Positions 25,885 through 37,965 of a DNA stretch of 63,883 nt are shown here, one piece after another. Origin of the DNA: Octopus bimaculoides (lineage: Eukaryota); NCBI RefSeq assembly GCF_001194135.2, contig NC_068983.1, positions 72,006,873 to 72,070,755 on the forward strand, read 5' to 3'. The position numbers and the translations under genes were made by a program. Within the stretch, counting starts at the first letter, position 1. Every line of letters begins with the position of its first letter. The notes under the pieces were generated by a model. The model did no database searches. It was not told where the DNA came from and worked only from the letters and a program-made list of their open reading frames with translations.

Positions 25885-25946
<62 letters not shown>

Positions 25947-26700
25947 GTATGTATATATATATATACATATTATATAGCAAAATAATACATAATTTTGTAT
26001 AATGTGTGTGTATGTGTGTGTGTCAGAGATGCACAGTATATACATATAAAGCAATTATGGTAGAATCAGTGACTTACACCATTTTACTAAAGATTCTCTA
26101 AATGTATCATACAAGATTGCCACATTTCATGTGACAGAACGAAAATACTTTGACTCAATAATACAGACTAGCAAATATTTGTTTACTTGTATTTTCAAAA
26201 CACTAATTCTATTTAGCCTCTTTCATGTTGCATACACAATTTGGTCACACCACATTTATGTGCATCTGCAAACACATGCAACCACTTACACACAAATGCA
26301 CACATATCCTCTGTGTGTGTGTGTGTGTGTGTGTCTTTGCATGTCCTTACATGTGTGTGTGTGTACATATTTATATTTATATTATATATGTGTGTGTGTA
26401 TTCAAACATATATGTATATGATAATGTTGATGATGATGATAATGATAATAATGTACACATATATATGACTCTATATATGCTTACATATACATATATGAGC
26501 AAATATGTCAGTATATGTATATACATATGTATACACATACATATATACACACACACACACATAAATATAAACATACAGATATACATATATTTACACACAT
26601 ACATACATACAGATACACATATATTTACATACACATATATTTACATACATACATACATACATACATATATACAGCCACTATAGTTGTTGCATGTATGAAT
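25797..26700. repeat. Compound microsatellite and low-complexity tract: (TA)n, (CA)n, (GT)n, (ATAC)n
   Basis: Directly visible. Source of the [12 protein letters not shown] pseudo-ORFs. Confidence 0.9.
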
Positions 26701-27038
26701 GCAGACAAATAATGTACATCATCTCTGCATATCTGGGTAGGTAGGTAGTTAGGTAGATATGTTATTTGACAGATAGGTAAGTAGGTAGGTAGGTAGGTAG
26801 GTGGACGAACAGAACAGATGAACAGATATATCTCAATGCTTTATTTGAAGCAATCATAGTTAATATGGGAAATACGAAGAATGCACAAGAAAGAAATAAC
26901 ATTAGAAGATCGTATATTTTCCATGTAAATGCTGCAACACTGAAATAGAGTCATGTTTTAGATATAGTTCAATCTTCCACAGCATGCCCTGCAGCATGTT
27001 AAAGAGCCGTGCATAATACTGCAATTACACACACATAC

Positions 27039-27084
<46 letters not shown>

Positions 27085-28049
27085 CACACACTATAAATAT
27101 ATATATATATATATATATATNNNNNNNNNNNNNNNNNNNNNNNNNNNNNNNNNNNNNNNNNNNNNNNNNNNNNNNNNNNNNNNNNNNNNNNNNNNNNNNN
27201 NNNNNNNNNNNNNNNNNNNNNNNNNNNNNNNNNNNNNNNNNNNNNNNNNNNNNNNNNNNNNNNNNNNNNNNNNNNNNNNNNNNNNNNNNNNNNNNNNNNN
27301 NNNNNNNNNNNNNNNNNNNNNNNNNNNNNNNNNNNNNNNNNNNNNNNNNNNNNNNNNNNNNNNNNNNNNNNNNNNNNNNNNNNNNNNNNNNNNNNNNNNN
27401 NNNNNNNNNNNNNNNNNNNNNNNNNNNNNNNNNNNNNNNNNNNNNNNNNNNNNNNNNNNNNNNNNNNNNNNNNNNNNNNNNNNNNNNNNNNNNNNNNNNN
27501 NNNNNNNNNNNNNNNNNNNNNNNNNNNNNNNNNNNNNNNNNNNNNNNNNNNNNNNNNNNNNNNNNNNNNNNNNNNNNNNNNNNNNNNNNNNNNNNNNNNN
27601 NNNNNNNNNNNNNNNNNNNNNNNNNNNNNNNNNNNNNNNNNNNNNNNNNNNNNNNNNNNNNNNNNNNNNNNNNNNNNNNNNNNNNNNNNNNNNNNNNNNN
27701 NNNNNNNNNNNNNNNNNNNNNNNNNNNNNNNNNNNNNNNNNNNNNNNNNNNNNNNNNNNNNNNNNNNNNNNNNNNNNNNNNNNNNNNNNNNNNNNNNNNN
27801 NNNNNNNNNNNNNNNNNNNNNNNNNNNNNNNNNNNNNNNNNNNNNNNNNNNNNNNNNNNNNNNNNNNNNNNNNNNNNNNNNNNNNNNNNNNNNNNNNNNN
27901 NNNNNNNNNNNNNNNNNNNNNNNNNNNNNNNNNNNNNNNNNNNNNNNNNNNNNNNNNNNNNNNNNNNNNNNNNNNNNNNNNNNNNNNNNNNNNNNNNNNN
28001 NNNNNNNNNNNNNNNNNNNNNNNNNNNNNNNNNNNNNNNNNNNNNACAC

Positions 28050-28133
28050 GTCCAACCCATGCTAGCATGGAAAACAGACATTAAACGATGATGTTCGTTT
28101 AACGTCCGCTTTCCATGCTAGCATGGGTTGGAC
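28050..28133. repeat. Tail-to-tail inverted pair of RTE 3' ends (39-bp arms, 6-nt spacer)
   Basis: 28050-28088 versus the reverse complement of 28095-28133 differs at 3 A/G positions. Confidence 0.9.
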
Positions 28134-29089
28134 ATGGATGAAGATATATATGTATATATATATATATATACATATATATGATCATCTTTGTAATTTAGCA
28201 TCTGTATTTCATACTAGCATGAGTTAGAGAGTTCAATAAGATCTGATAAGCGAAATAGCTGTATTGGGCTGCAATGTCTACTCTGGCAAAATTTCTATGG
28301 CTGGATGTCCTGATCAATACCAACCACTTTACCTGAGTGCTGTTTCATAACACCAATACCAATGAGTTCATCAAGCAGCTTGCAAAACAAGATTCCTTAA
28401 CAGAGTGGGGATGCAGTAGAGAAGAAGGTGGTTTTGTGTCAAGCATGATAGAGAGCCTGGATTAGGTGTCTCACTGTAGAGGCTATACATGGCTACCCTC
28501 AGAAGGCAAGTGGGGATAGGATGGAGGCAAGTGGGGGTAGGATGGTGGAGAAGAGGTGTCAAAGCATACTTTCAAGGTAAAAGAAGGTAGATAAAAAGAG
28601 AATACAGACCAAGAATCGAGGATGACTGGGTGAGTAGGATCATGAAAGTGTGAAAGGAAAGTGTCAGACAGTAGAGATGAGTCTAGTGAATGCAGTGAAC
28701 ATAGATGGAGTCACCGACAATGTGAATCTCAGTTTGGGGAATGTCAGTAAGATAGGAGTGAGTAAGAGAAAAGGAGGTGATAGATGGCAGTACATAAAAA
28801 ATGGGCAGTGTTTGGAGAGCAACAGTATAATAAAATTGTAGACAGACAATAAGGAAGATGAAATATGTGTGAAAGAGAAGATGCATAGGAGTTCAAAGCA
28901 CAGAGGGATGTAAGCAGGGGGTAACTTTCCAGCAATATGATACCTCTGTATATACTACTCTCTAAGGCATCTCCTTTACTCTTGTAACAGTTGACTATAA
29001 TTCTGCTACACCAGTCACAGGGTATGATACCTTACTATACAACCTGATTAACTATATAGGTGACAAAGCCATAACCCACATTGCCAGAT

Positions 29090-30010
29090 ATTTTAAGCAT
29101 CTCTTTAGTAGTTCCTAATGAACCAGGAACATTCCCTGACTTTATATCTTTGTGTCTATTATACTGCTATCAATTAAAATGCCTGAGCCCTCTATTGCAT
29201 TTACAATTGGAAGGCTCTGTTTCTCCCACATGTTCACTATGTTTAGAAGCCTTTTGTAATAGTACTTCCATTTTACTTTCTTTTCAGAATCATGAAATGC
29301 AAGTGCACTATAATTCATCCATACACACTTCTCTCACACAACATTTTGATATTTTCCTATACACTCTCTTGTTCTGAAACTTATGTCTCTGGCCCTCACA
29401 CTGTAGAACAAGAAGAGCATTTTCCCAGTCAAAGTAGTATTCTTTCCAAGAAATGTGTTTCAAAAAAAGGGATGTGGGGCACAGAATTAGATCAGTCCCT
29501 CAAGCTGTTGTCACTTCAAAATGATTATACAGTTGAAAAACATGGACACTTTATTGTTGGGACATCAAAAAGCAGGAGAATTTCCACCAACAAAAAGTCC
29601 ATTTTAAACATCATATGAAAGGACTACATAAGCAACAATGCTAACAGAAAAACCAACAATTGAAGCGTAGAATCAACTATGATGAAAGACTATCTATAAT
29701 AATTGGGATATGCAATAAGAATGAAAGAAGAGAGGTTTCTTTGTCAAATCTTCTTCAGCAAATTAACTACTGGCAAAAGACCATAAAGATGCCTTCTAAA
29801 ATCAGCTATCAAAATGGCTGAAATTGAGACAAAACTGGAAAACTAAAACCAGAGCTACTCCAACTGGTATTAATCTATTGTCATCAGAAGTGACTTTTCT
29901 GAAGTCAAAAGAAAAAGAAAAGTTGAAGAAATACGCAAAGAACACAAAATTTAACAACAACCTTGCTCTCCACCAACTCTTCCTTGCCATCTTTGTTGCT
30001 TCCTGTTTTA
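29090..30010 (+). mobile_element. Decayed BovB-like RTE LINE, C-terminal part
   Basis: Residual LYCYQLKCLSPLLHL and a basic C-terminus (KEKEKLKKYAKNTKF) resembling RTE ORF ends. Many stops. Confidence 0.55.
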
Positions 30011-31472
30011 CATGATGATTAAACTTTTCAGTCATCAGCATTTATCATGCTAGTGTTGTGCACCTGATCAAAAATCAGCTGTGCTAGAATCCATCAACTG
30101 TCACCATGTGAATGTATACTTTCTCTCAGGAGCAGAAAACAGACATCCTGCATCAACCAACATCAACTTATAATCAGATATCTTCCTTATCAAGTAAAAA
30201 TCTTCAGAGCTGCAACTAATCAACATTGTACAATGAAAGGTATGTCTGATGAGGTGTTAGAGTGGGGGTGAGGAGATGAGTGCTCTGTGCAAGAAGTGGA
30301 ATAGAGGGGATTTTCATCCAGATTTTGCATAGGCAAAACACAAGTACAAATTCTTCCGGGTAGATAATAAGGATGGATTGGGTGGGACAGTCATGCTAGT
30401 GACAGAGAAATTGGTAAATAAAGTAACTAAGCATTGCAAAAAAGACTGGTTTTATGAGGCCTTCTTGTGAACCATCTTAGTCATAAATTATAGCAAGATC
30501 ACTATATTGTAGTAACTTCAGCAGTCATGTTGAACAACATCACAATGGTTACTCCAGGTTACATCGTGGTTATGAATATAGTTTATGGAATAAACTGAAT
30601 AGTTAGTTCATTTGTATCTGCTGTGATGCAAATAAAGTATTTGCAACATCAAGTTCAAGAAACCAACCAGTGACATGATCGTCTCTTCACCAGGTGAACA
30701 TATAGACTTCACTCTTATCAGGAAATGTAACAGATAAATAGTTACTAATACTAAATTTTATCCCCGGTAAAGAATAACTACTTAACATAGACTAGTTAAT
30801 TAGTAATTGCAGAATAAGAGCTAGATGGAATCAGAGAGAAAAGCTAATTTGGAGTAGTAATTGGTGGAAACCGAATGCATATAGATGAGGATAGTCAGGT
30901 AAAGAAATGCCAGAATATTCAAGTCAAAGAAAACTGCAGATGAAGAAAACTGAGGAAGACATGGGCAGAAGTGTAAAAAGCTAATCTCAGTATACTGGTT
31001 CTTACAAAAGGGACAGCAAAGGAATGCAACAAAGTGCGAAGACATTATGCTGAAGAGAATTCAATGAATTCATGCAAGCATGGAAAAAATAAATGTAAAA
31101 ATGATGGTGATACCAATAAACACATGTATATGTACAGACGCCCTACATGTGAACGCATACATATATATATACATATATATATTTATATGTATACATACAT
31201 CATGTGATGTTAATGTGAATAAGATAGCAGGTAATTCTGTTCTCCATTAGACAGCCTGCAGTCAGTCTGTAATAGCAAATAAATGCTTATGTCTCTTGTA
31301 AACAGGTATAGATATTTATGTGTAAACATAAGAATAGACTAAACTAATTATATTTTCATTTCTTCCTCTTTCTATCTTTGTTTCAAAGCTCATAAATATA
31401 TACATGCCTACATACATTTATATACACACACACACATATGTAGGTATGCATATATTGATCTATCTATATCTC

Positions 31473-31507
<35 letters not shown>

Positions 31508-31575
31508 CGAGTGAGAGGACAAACGAAAGAAGGGCATTCAACCAATTTACTGGTTGATCCATATATATATATATA

Positions 31576-31892
31576 GAGAGTTATTAATATTTCTAAGTCT
31601 CTCTAAAGGAGACTACGACAGCGGTACTGGAAATTAATAGTTATCGCCAAGCCAACATGGCAGTCCCAAAATTAGGACGAAAGCTGCCGTGAATTAGCTC
31701 CAAGAAGCCATCGCCTCTAGCTAGCTATGTGACACACGAAACCTGTGTCCTTTATAACCTTCGAACAGAGGAGGTCAGCAGTGTCCCCCTGCTGGTTTGG
31801 CATCTGCAGACTAGTTTCAGGGTGTTGCCCCTTGTCAATGCAGAGCAGCCAAGCCCTAGCCAGGCGGCGCTGCCGACTATCTGTTCGAAAGT

Positions 31893-31896
<4 letters not shown>
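31576..31896. repeat. 321-bp GC-richer structured unit, copy 1
   Basis: Identical to 32160-32480 except A31769 versus G32353. Flanked by (TA)n and contains several stems. Confidence 0.9.
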
Positions 31897-31928
<32 letters not shown>

Positions 31929-32159
31929 NNNNNNNNNNNNNNNNNNNNNNNNNNNNNNNNNNNNNNNNNNNNNNNNNNNNNNNNNNNNNNNNNNNNNNNN
32001 NNNNNNNNNNNNNNNNNNNNNNNNNNNNNNNNNNNNNNNNNNNNNNNNNNNNNNNNNNNNNNNNNNNNNNNNNNNNNNNNNNNNNNNNNNNNNNNNNNNN
32101 NNNNNNNNNNNNNNNNNNNNNNNNNNNNNNNNNNNNNNNNNNNCATATATATATATATA

Positions 32160-32476
32160 GAGAGTTATTAATATTTCTAAGTCTCTCTAAAGGAGACTAC
32201 GACAGCGGTACTGGAAATTAATAGTTATCGCCAAGCCAACATGGCAGTCCCAAAATTAGGACGAAAGCTGCCGTGAATTAGCTCCAAGAAGCCATCGCCT
32301 CTAGCTAGCTATGTGACACACGAAACCTGTGTCCTTTATAACCTTCGAACAGGGGAGGTCAGCAGTGTCCCCCTGCTGGTTTGGCATCTGCAGACTAGTT
32401 TCAGGGTGTTGCCCCTTGTCAATGCAGAGCAGCCAAGCCCTAGCCAGGCGGCGCTGCCGACTATCTGTTCGAAAGT

Positions 32477-32480
<4 letters not shown>
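32160..32480. repeat. 321-bp structured unit, copy 2 (true tandem copy, or allelic duplication across an assembly gap)
   Basis: Separated from copy 1 by (TA)n plus 215 Ns. Left context c(at)7a is identical in both copies. Confidence 0.8.
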
Positions 32481-32520
<40 letters not shown>

Positions 32521-33669
32521 ATCCATATGTATATGTATGTATGGTTCAGTCATAGCTCTGTGGTTCTGATGTTCATAACCATGAAAATACCACTGTTCTG
32601 TGTATAAATATGCATGTGTGTGTGTGTGAATGCATATCCTTACCACCATCACCATTGATTTAACATCCACTTTTTTCTTGCTTGCATGGATTAGACGGAT
32701 GCCATTCCAGTTGCCAACGCACATCCACTTTCAGGTAAGATAATGTTCCTCGTGGGCAGAAATGTTTTCACAGAAGACTGGAAACAGACAACACCACTTG
32801 TATGATGGTATCAGTTATTTACAATTATTGCACAATGAGACACACATGTGCAAACACACACGCACACACACACACACACAACAAGCTTTTCCTAGTTTCT
32901 GTCCATCAAATCCATTCACAAGGTTTTGGTTGGACCCGCCCATGGTGCTGTGAAGTAGGATTGGTTGAGAGAAAACTTCTCAGCCATTCATCCAATCCAA
33001 CACAATCATAAAGTCACTTATATACACATTTGTTTATATATATATATATATTCATATATCACCCGCATTCCCTTATTATTCTCCCTCCTCTTTCTCCTTC
33101 TTCTTCTTCGTCTTCTTCCTCCCTGCCACCTCCTTCTTACTTTACTACTATTGCTGTTTAGAATAACACCTATGCAAATATTATAAACAATACATACAAA
33201 AGAGATTTCTCAAGAATTCAATCACTACTGCCATCCACGACAAGTCACTTTCAGGGCACTTGACCATTTAACATCCCACTACTATCATTGCACTCCCACA
33301 TCCTCCTCCTCCTCCTTTTCCTTGTTCTTCTTCTTCTTCTCTGCCAAGAATTCACAATGACCTTGAACCCACAAGAGTAAACAAGAGAGACAGAGACAGG
33401 CAGAAACAAGGAAAATGCCGCTTGTATTTGAATACTAGGCAAATATTCTTTTCAAAAACGTTTCTTCTAAGTTTTACAAAATCTAATTGTTTTCCATACT
33501 TACAGTTGAAAAAGTCTCGATGACTGAAACCGGTACTCAAATGTTTTTTATAAAATTATTTTAGCATTTTTTTACCTTGACATTTTCCCATATACGTACA
33601 TACATACATACATATATACAGCCACACATAGACTTATATATATATATATATATATATATATGAAGTTGG

Positions 33670-34363
33670 GTATAAGAGCCATCAGGTATGGTGTGCAAGA
33701 GAGACGACTGGTAGGTCATGTGATGTGTATGGACAGGACAGCTGTGTAAAGAAGTGCTGATCTCTAACAGTGGAGGGAACCTGTGGTAGAGGTAGATCTA
33801 GGAAGACATAGGACAAGGTGGTGAAGCATGATCTTTGAACTTTGTGTCTCACAGAGGTAATGGCTAGTGACTGAGACCTTTAGCAATATGCTATGCTTGA
33901 GAAGACTCATCAAGCCAAGTGAAATCGTAGTCATGGCTGATGTTGGTATCTCGTAAATGGCACCTGTGCTGGGGGTACATAAAAAGCACCTTTTGAGTGT
34001 TGGGCCTCATAGAGGTAAAGTGGCTGATGCCAGTGGCATGTGAAAAGCTCATTTCAAGTGTTGGACCTCACGGAGGCAATGACCAAGACCTTTGGCATTA
34101 TGTTGTGTTTGAAAAGAAAACCGAGCAAGCCAAGTAAAAATGCAGTTATGGCAAATACTAGCATCACGCAAATCATATCCGTGCCAGTGACATGTAAAAG
34201 CACCCATTACACTCTCAGAGTGGTTGGCATTAGGAAGAGCATCCAGCTGTAGAAATCAGACTGGAGTCTGGTGCAGCCTTCGAGCTTGCCAGCCCTGGTC
34301 AAACCATCCAACCCATGCCAGCATGGACAACGGACATTAAATGATGATGATGATGATGATGAT
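33670..34363 (+). mobile_element. 5'-truncated RTE LINE (C-terminus, 3' UTR, (GAT)n tail)
   Basis: Reverse-complement similarity to 14941-15790 (caagagagacgactg...ggtggtgaagca...cccatgccagcatgga). Confidence 0.85.
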
Positions 34364-34809
34364 ATGGAAATCTCCTATCATATATGTATATGATGGAAAT
34401 CGCCTGTCCTAGATAACATATGAGTTTTCAGTGAGAAGACACGAAAGCAAAAAAAAAACATCCAACCAGGAATCACAAATTAATAGCAGAAACAGAAAAA
34501 CAAATAACCTGGATCCACCAGAAAACAACACTAACACACAAATAAACAATCAACAACACATCCATACTACTACTGCTACTATTCACCAATATTTACCATT
34601 CATTCACTTAACTTGGTGACTCTTCATATGAATCTCCAGACCACCAATCAATTCGCAAAGGTAATCACAAACACCACACAAACAATGCAAATTATTTGAA
34701 TCAATATGGATATGAGGCATGATTTATTAAATAAACCAGCACATGACTGAGAAATTGCAATGTAGACAATGGTGATTTGTGGGAAGATTGTTGTTCTGTT
34801 AGTTAATTT

Positions 34810-34840
<31 letters not shown>

Positions 34841-34989
34841 CTGTAACTGATCTTCATGACGTATGGCTTGAGTTTCAAAATTTTGAAGCTGAAAAATGCT
34901 CTCTTTCCTCTAGTCTGCATGGGTGCTTGCAAGATTCTTAAAGTTTTCTTTGCTAATATACAGGCATTTCAAATTATCTTTGAAATACC

Positions 34990-36010
34990 TGAATATTAGA
35001 AGTGGCCAGCCTATACTGCATCATGAATTTTCAAGCTGACCATAAAAGATTTGTTTCAAAATTCAACCATTATTCATGCAAGAGATATGTCCACACTATC
35101 GCATCTGAGATATGATTAAGAAAGACTCTATACCAGTTAAACCACACATTTCCAGGACAGTGCTATTCTTTACTTTATCATCCCACTTAACCATGCATAC
35201 TTACTGCTGCAAATCTATCAATGATGTGCCTGATGTCCTTGAGTATATTAGCAACTAGGGTGCAGCCATCTGCAAACAGTAAATCTCTTATTGTGTGAGA
35301 TACAACTTTAGTTAGTTGTTGCTTTGAAACAATGTTGGTTGAAAATGTCACCTATAGTCCTGTATTCAAGAAACACATCTTCTACATCAGAAAAGGCATA
35401 ATCCAGCATTACTGCAAAAAGCAGTGCAAATAATACTGGTGCCAAAACAACTTTTAGTACCGTTTTGAACATCAAAAGGCTGAAATTAACTACCATCTCA
35501 GAGAATAGACGCCTTCATATCACTATGATATTTAGCATTTACTCGGAAACCACAAGCTTTATTAATACTTTCCACAAAGCCTGTGAACATACAAAGTCAA
35601 AGACTTTTGTAATGTCTAAATACCACATAGAAACTTTATAGTGCTTGAGAGCTTTCTCCTGAACTTATCACAAACTGAATATCATATCCATTGTCCCCTG
35701 ACCTGACTTAAACCACACTGACAGAACTAATTAAGTCTGCGTTAATTCTGCTTAAGATGACACTAGAGAAGATTTTCCCTGCAACAGAGAGCAGTGAAAT
35801 ACTAATAGTGAAACCCATACTAGATACCCTTTTTTCTGCTTCAGATTTACCAATCCAGAAGAAAGTATATACTATAACTACTTCATTCAACTGACCAGAA
35901 TCTGGTAGCCTTGCCTCCAAAAGAACAGCAGTGCTAACATTTTTACTTCTCAGAAACAGACCTATAAATGCTGCTTTTGCATTCAGGATGCTTCTTGTGG
36001 CCCTGAAGAC
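34990..36010 (-). mobile_element. Decayed, internally deleted BovB-like RTE LINE
   Basis: An APE-start remnant (EARLPDSGQLNEVVIVYTFFWIGKSEAEKR) lies close to an RT remnant (VLAPVLFALLFAVMLDYAF...YRTIGDIFN). Confidence 0.7.
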
Positions 36011-36032
36011 AATCTCTCTCTCTGCCTCTCTT

Positions 36033-36088
<56 letters not shown>

Positions 36089-36089
36089 A

Positions 36090-36470
36090 CATTATCTTTT
36101 ACTTGTTTCAGTCATTAGACTGTGGCCATGCAGGGGTACCACCTTGAAGAATTTTAGTCAAATGAATCAAACCTAGCACATATTCTTTTCAGCCTGGTAC
36201 TTATTCTAATGGTGTCTCTTGCTGAACCACTAAGTTACAAAGGCATAAACACACCAACACCAGTTGTGAAGTGGTATTGGTGGTGGAGAACAAACACAGA
36301 CATAAAAATACATACACATATATGACAGGCTGCTTTCAGTTTCCATTTACTAAATCCACTTACAAGGCTTTGGTCGGCCTAAAGCTATAGTAGAAAGCGT
36401 TTGCCCAAAGTGCCACACAGTGGAACTGAACCTGGAACCATGTGGTCAGGAAGAGCAAACTTCTTAGCAC
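36090..36470 (-). mobile_element. SINE family A, near full length
   Basis: Same head and tail modules as 59236-59686. Confidence 0.8.
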
Positions 36471-36984
36471 ACAAGCATATGCTCAAGTACATGTGTCTGT
36501 GTGTCTGAGTCAGTACATTTATACCTTTCAGTGAAGGATATAAATGCTGACAAAGAACTGGTGCCTTTCAAAGTCAACTGAGTTACCTTGTCATTCTCAT
36601 CACCAGAAATACAGAGAACCAGTGAATGTCCAATTATAAACCCATATCTAATGATGCTATTGTTCACAAATTGCAATATAAAATATAAATATAAATATAT
36701 ATGAATGTATGTATGTATATATGTATGTAGGCATTTGCATATGTTATGTAATTTGTTAATGTAATATGTTTATGACTGTCTTCAGTAATAAAAATATACC
36801 ATTCACAAATGCCCACATACAGATACTAAAGCACACATATGTACAGTATCTATGCTATGATAGTGTGTTTTACATTGAGACACATATATATGAAGGCAAG
36901 TAGTAGTTCATGAATTACATATGATTCTGATGTTTCAAGTATGGCTTATGGTAATATGTCGGTGAATTTTCTCATATATATATT

Positions 36985-37362
36985 GTGGAGGCGCAATGGC
37001 CCAGTGGTTAGGGCAGCGGACTCGCGGTCATAGGATCGCGGTTTCGATTCCCAGTCTGGGCGTTGTGAGTGTTTATTGAGCGAAAACACCTAAAGCTCCA
37101 CGAGTCTCCGGCGGGGGATGGTGGCGAACCCTGCTGTATTCTTCCACCACAACTTTCTCTCACTCTTACTTCCTGTTTCTGTTGTGCCTGTAATTCAAAG
37201 GGTCAGCCTTGTCACACTGTGTCATGCTGAATATCCCTGAGAACTACGTTAAGGGTACACTTGTCTGTGGAGTGCACATTAAGTGCATTAATTACACGAG
37301 CAGGCTGTTCCGTTGATTGGATCAACTGGAACCCTTGACGTCATAAGCAACGGAGTGCCAGC
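36985..37362 (+). mobile_element. tRNA-derived SINE family C, full length
   Basis: A-box TGGCCCAGTGG and B-box-like GGTTTCGATTCC. Closely matches 60541-60922 along its length. Confidence 0.9.
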
Positions 37363-37646
37363 TATATATATATATATATATATATATATTATGTCTGTCT
37401 TTCATATTGATTATATATATATCACTGTTTTAGCATCCAAGTTTACATGCTTACATGGCTCAGATGCAATTTGTTGTGCACAGATGCCCTTCCTGTCACC
37501 AACCCTCAGCCGTTTCTAGGTAAGGTAACATTTCCCCATGGCCAGACAAGCTTTTCATGGAAGGCTGAAAATGAAAGACACTACTTGTATGAAAATTAAT
37601 TATACTTGTTTACAACTATCACATGATATCTAGAGAAAACTAAAAT

Positions 37647-37965
37647 CTGGTACTCCGTTGGTTAAAACAATGAGGGTTCCAGCTGATCTGATCAATGGAA
37701 CAACCTGTTCATGTAATTAATGTGCAAGTGGTTGGGCACTCCACAAATACATGTATCCTTAAAATAGTTCTCAAGGAGATTCAGCATGACACAAAATGTG
37801 ACAAGGCTGGCCCTTTATATACAAGTACTACTCATTTTTGGTGATTAAGTGGACTGGAGCAACATAAAATAATGTATCTTGCTTAAGGACACAGTACACT
37901 GCCAGGAATTGAACTCACGACCTTACAATCATGAGATGAATATCCTAACCACTAAGCCATGTGCC
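37647..37965 (-). mobile_element. tRNA-derived SINE with a different head but the family C 3' tail
   Basis: Head ggcacatggcttagtggttagg...gagttcaattcc. The tail is a diverged reverse complement of 37201-37360. Confidence 0.7.

Noticed and set aside
25738-26712. [12 protein letters not shown]-type ORFs here and throughout the window
   Set aside because: Translations of (TA)n, (CA)n and (GT)n repeats, which lack stops in some frames.
26958-28091. Long 325-365-aa ORFs (also 56898-57741, 31729-32221, 3423-3804, 18759-19009)
   Set aside because: They consist of X residues from N gaps plus microsatellite translation, so they are not genes.
31640-31720. Hammerhead or HDV ribozyme call inside the 321-bp unit
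   Set aside because: On plus, GTCC/GGAC-GAAA and a possible stem III ending CUC exist, but CUGANGA is replaced by CATGGCA and there is no stem I. On minus, a GG...CTAA arrangement exists but no valid P3/L3. Kept only as an unclassified structure.
36985-37060. Possible tRNA gene (also 60541-60615)
   Set aside because: A and B boxes are present but there is no paired acceptor stem. The sequence continues into a shared ~300-nt body, with a TSD in one copy, so it is a SINE head.
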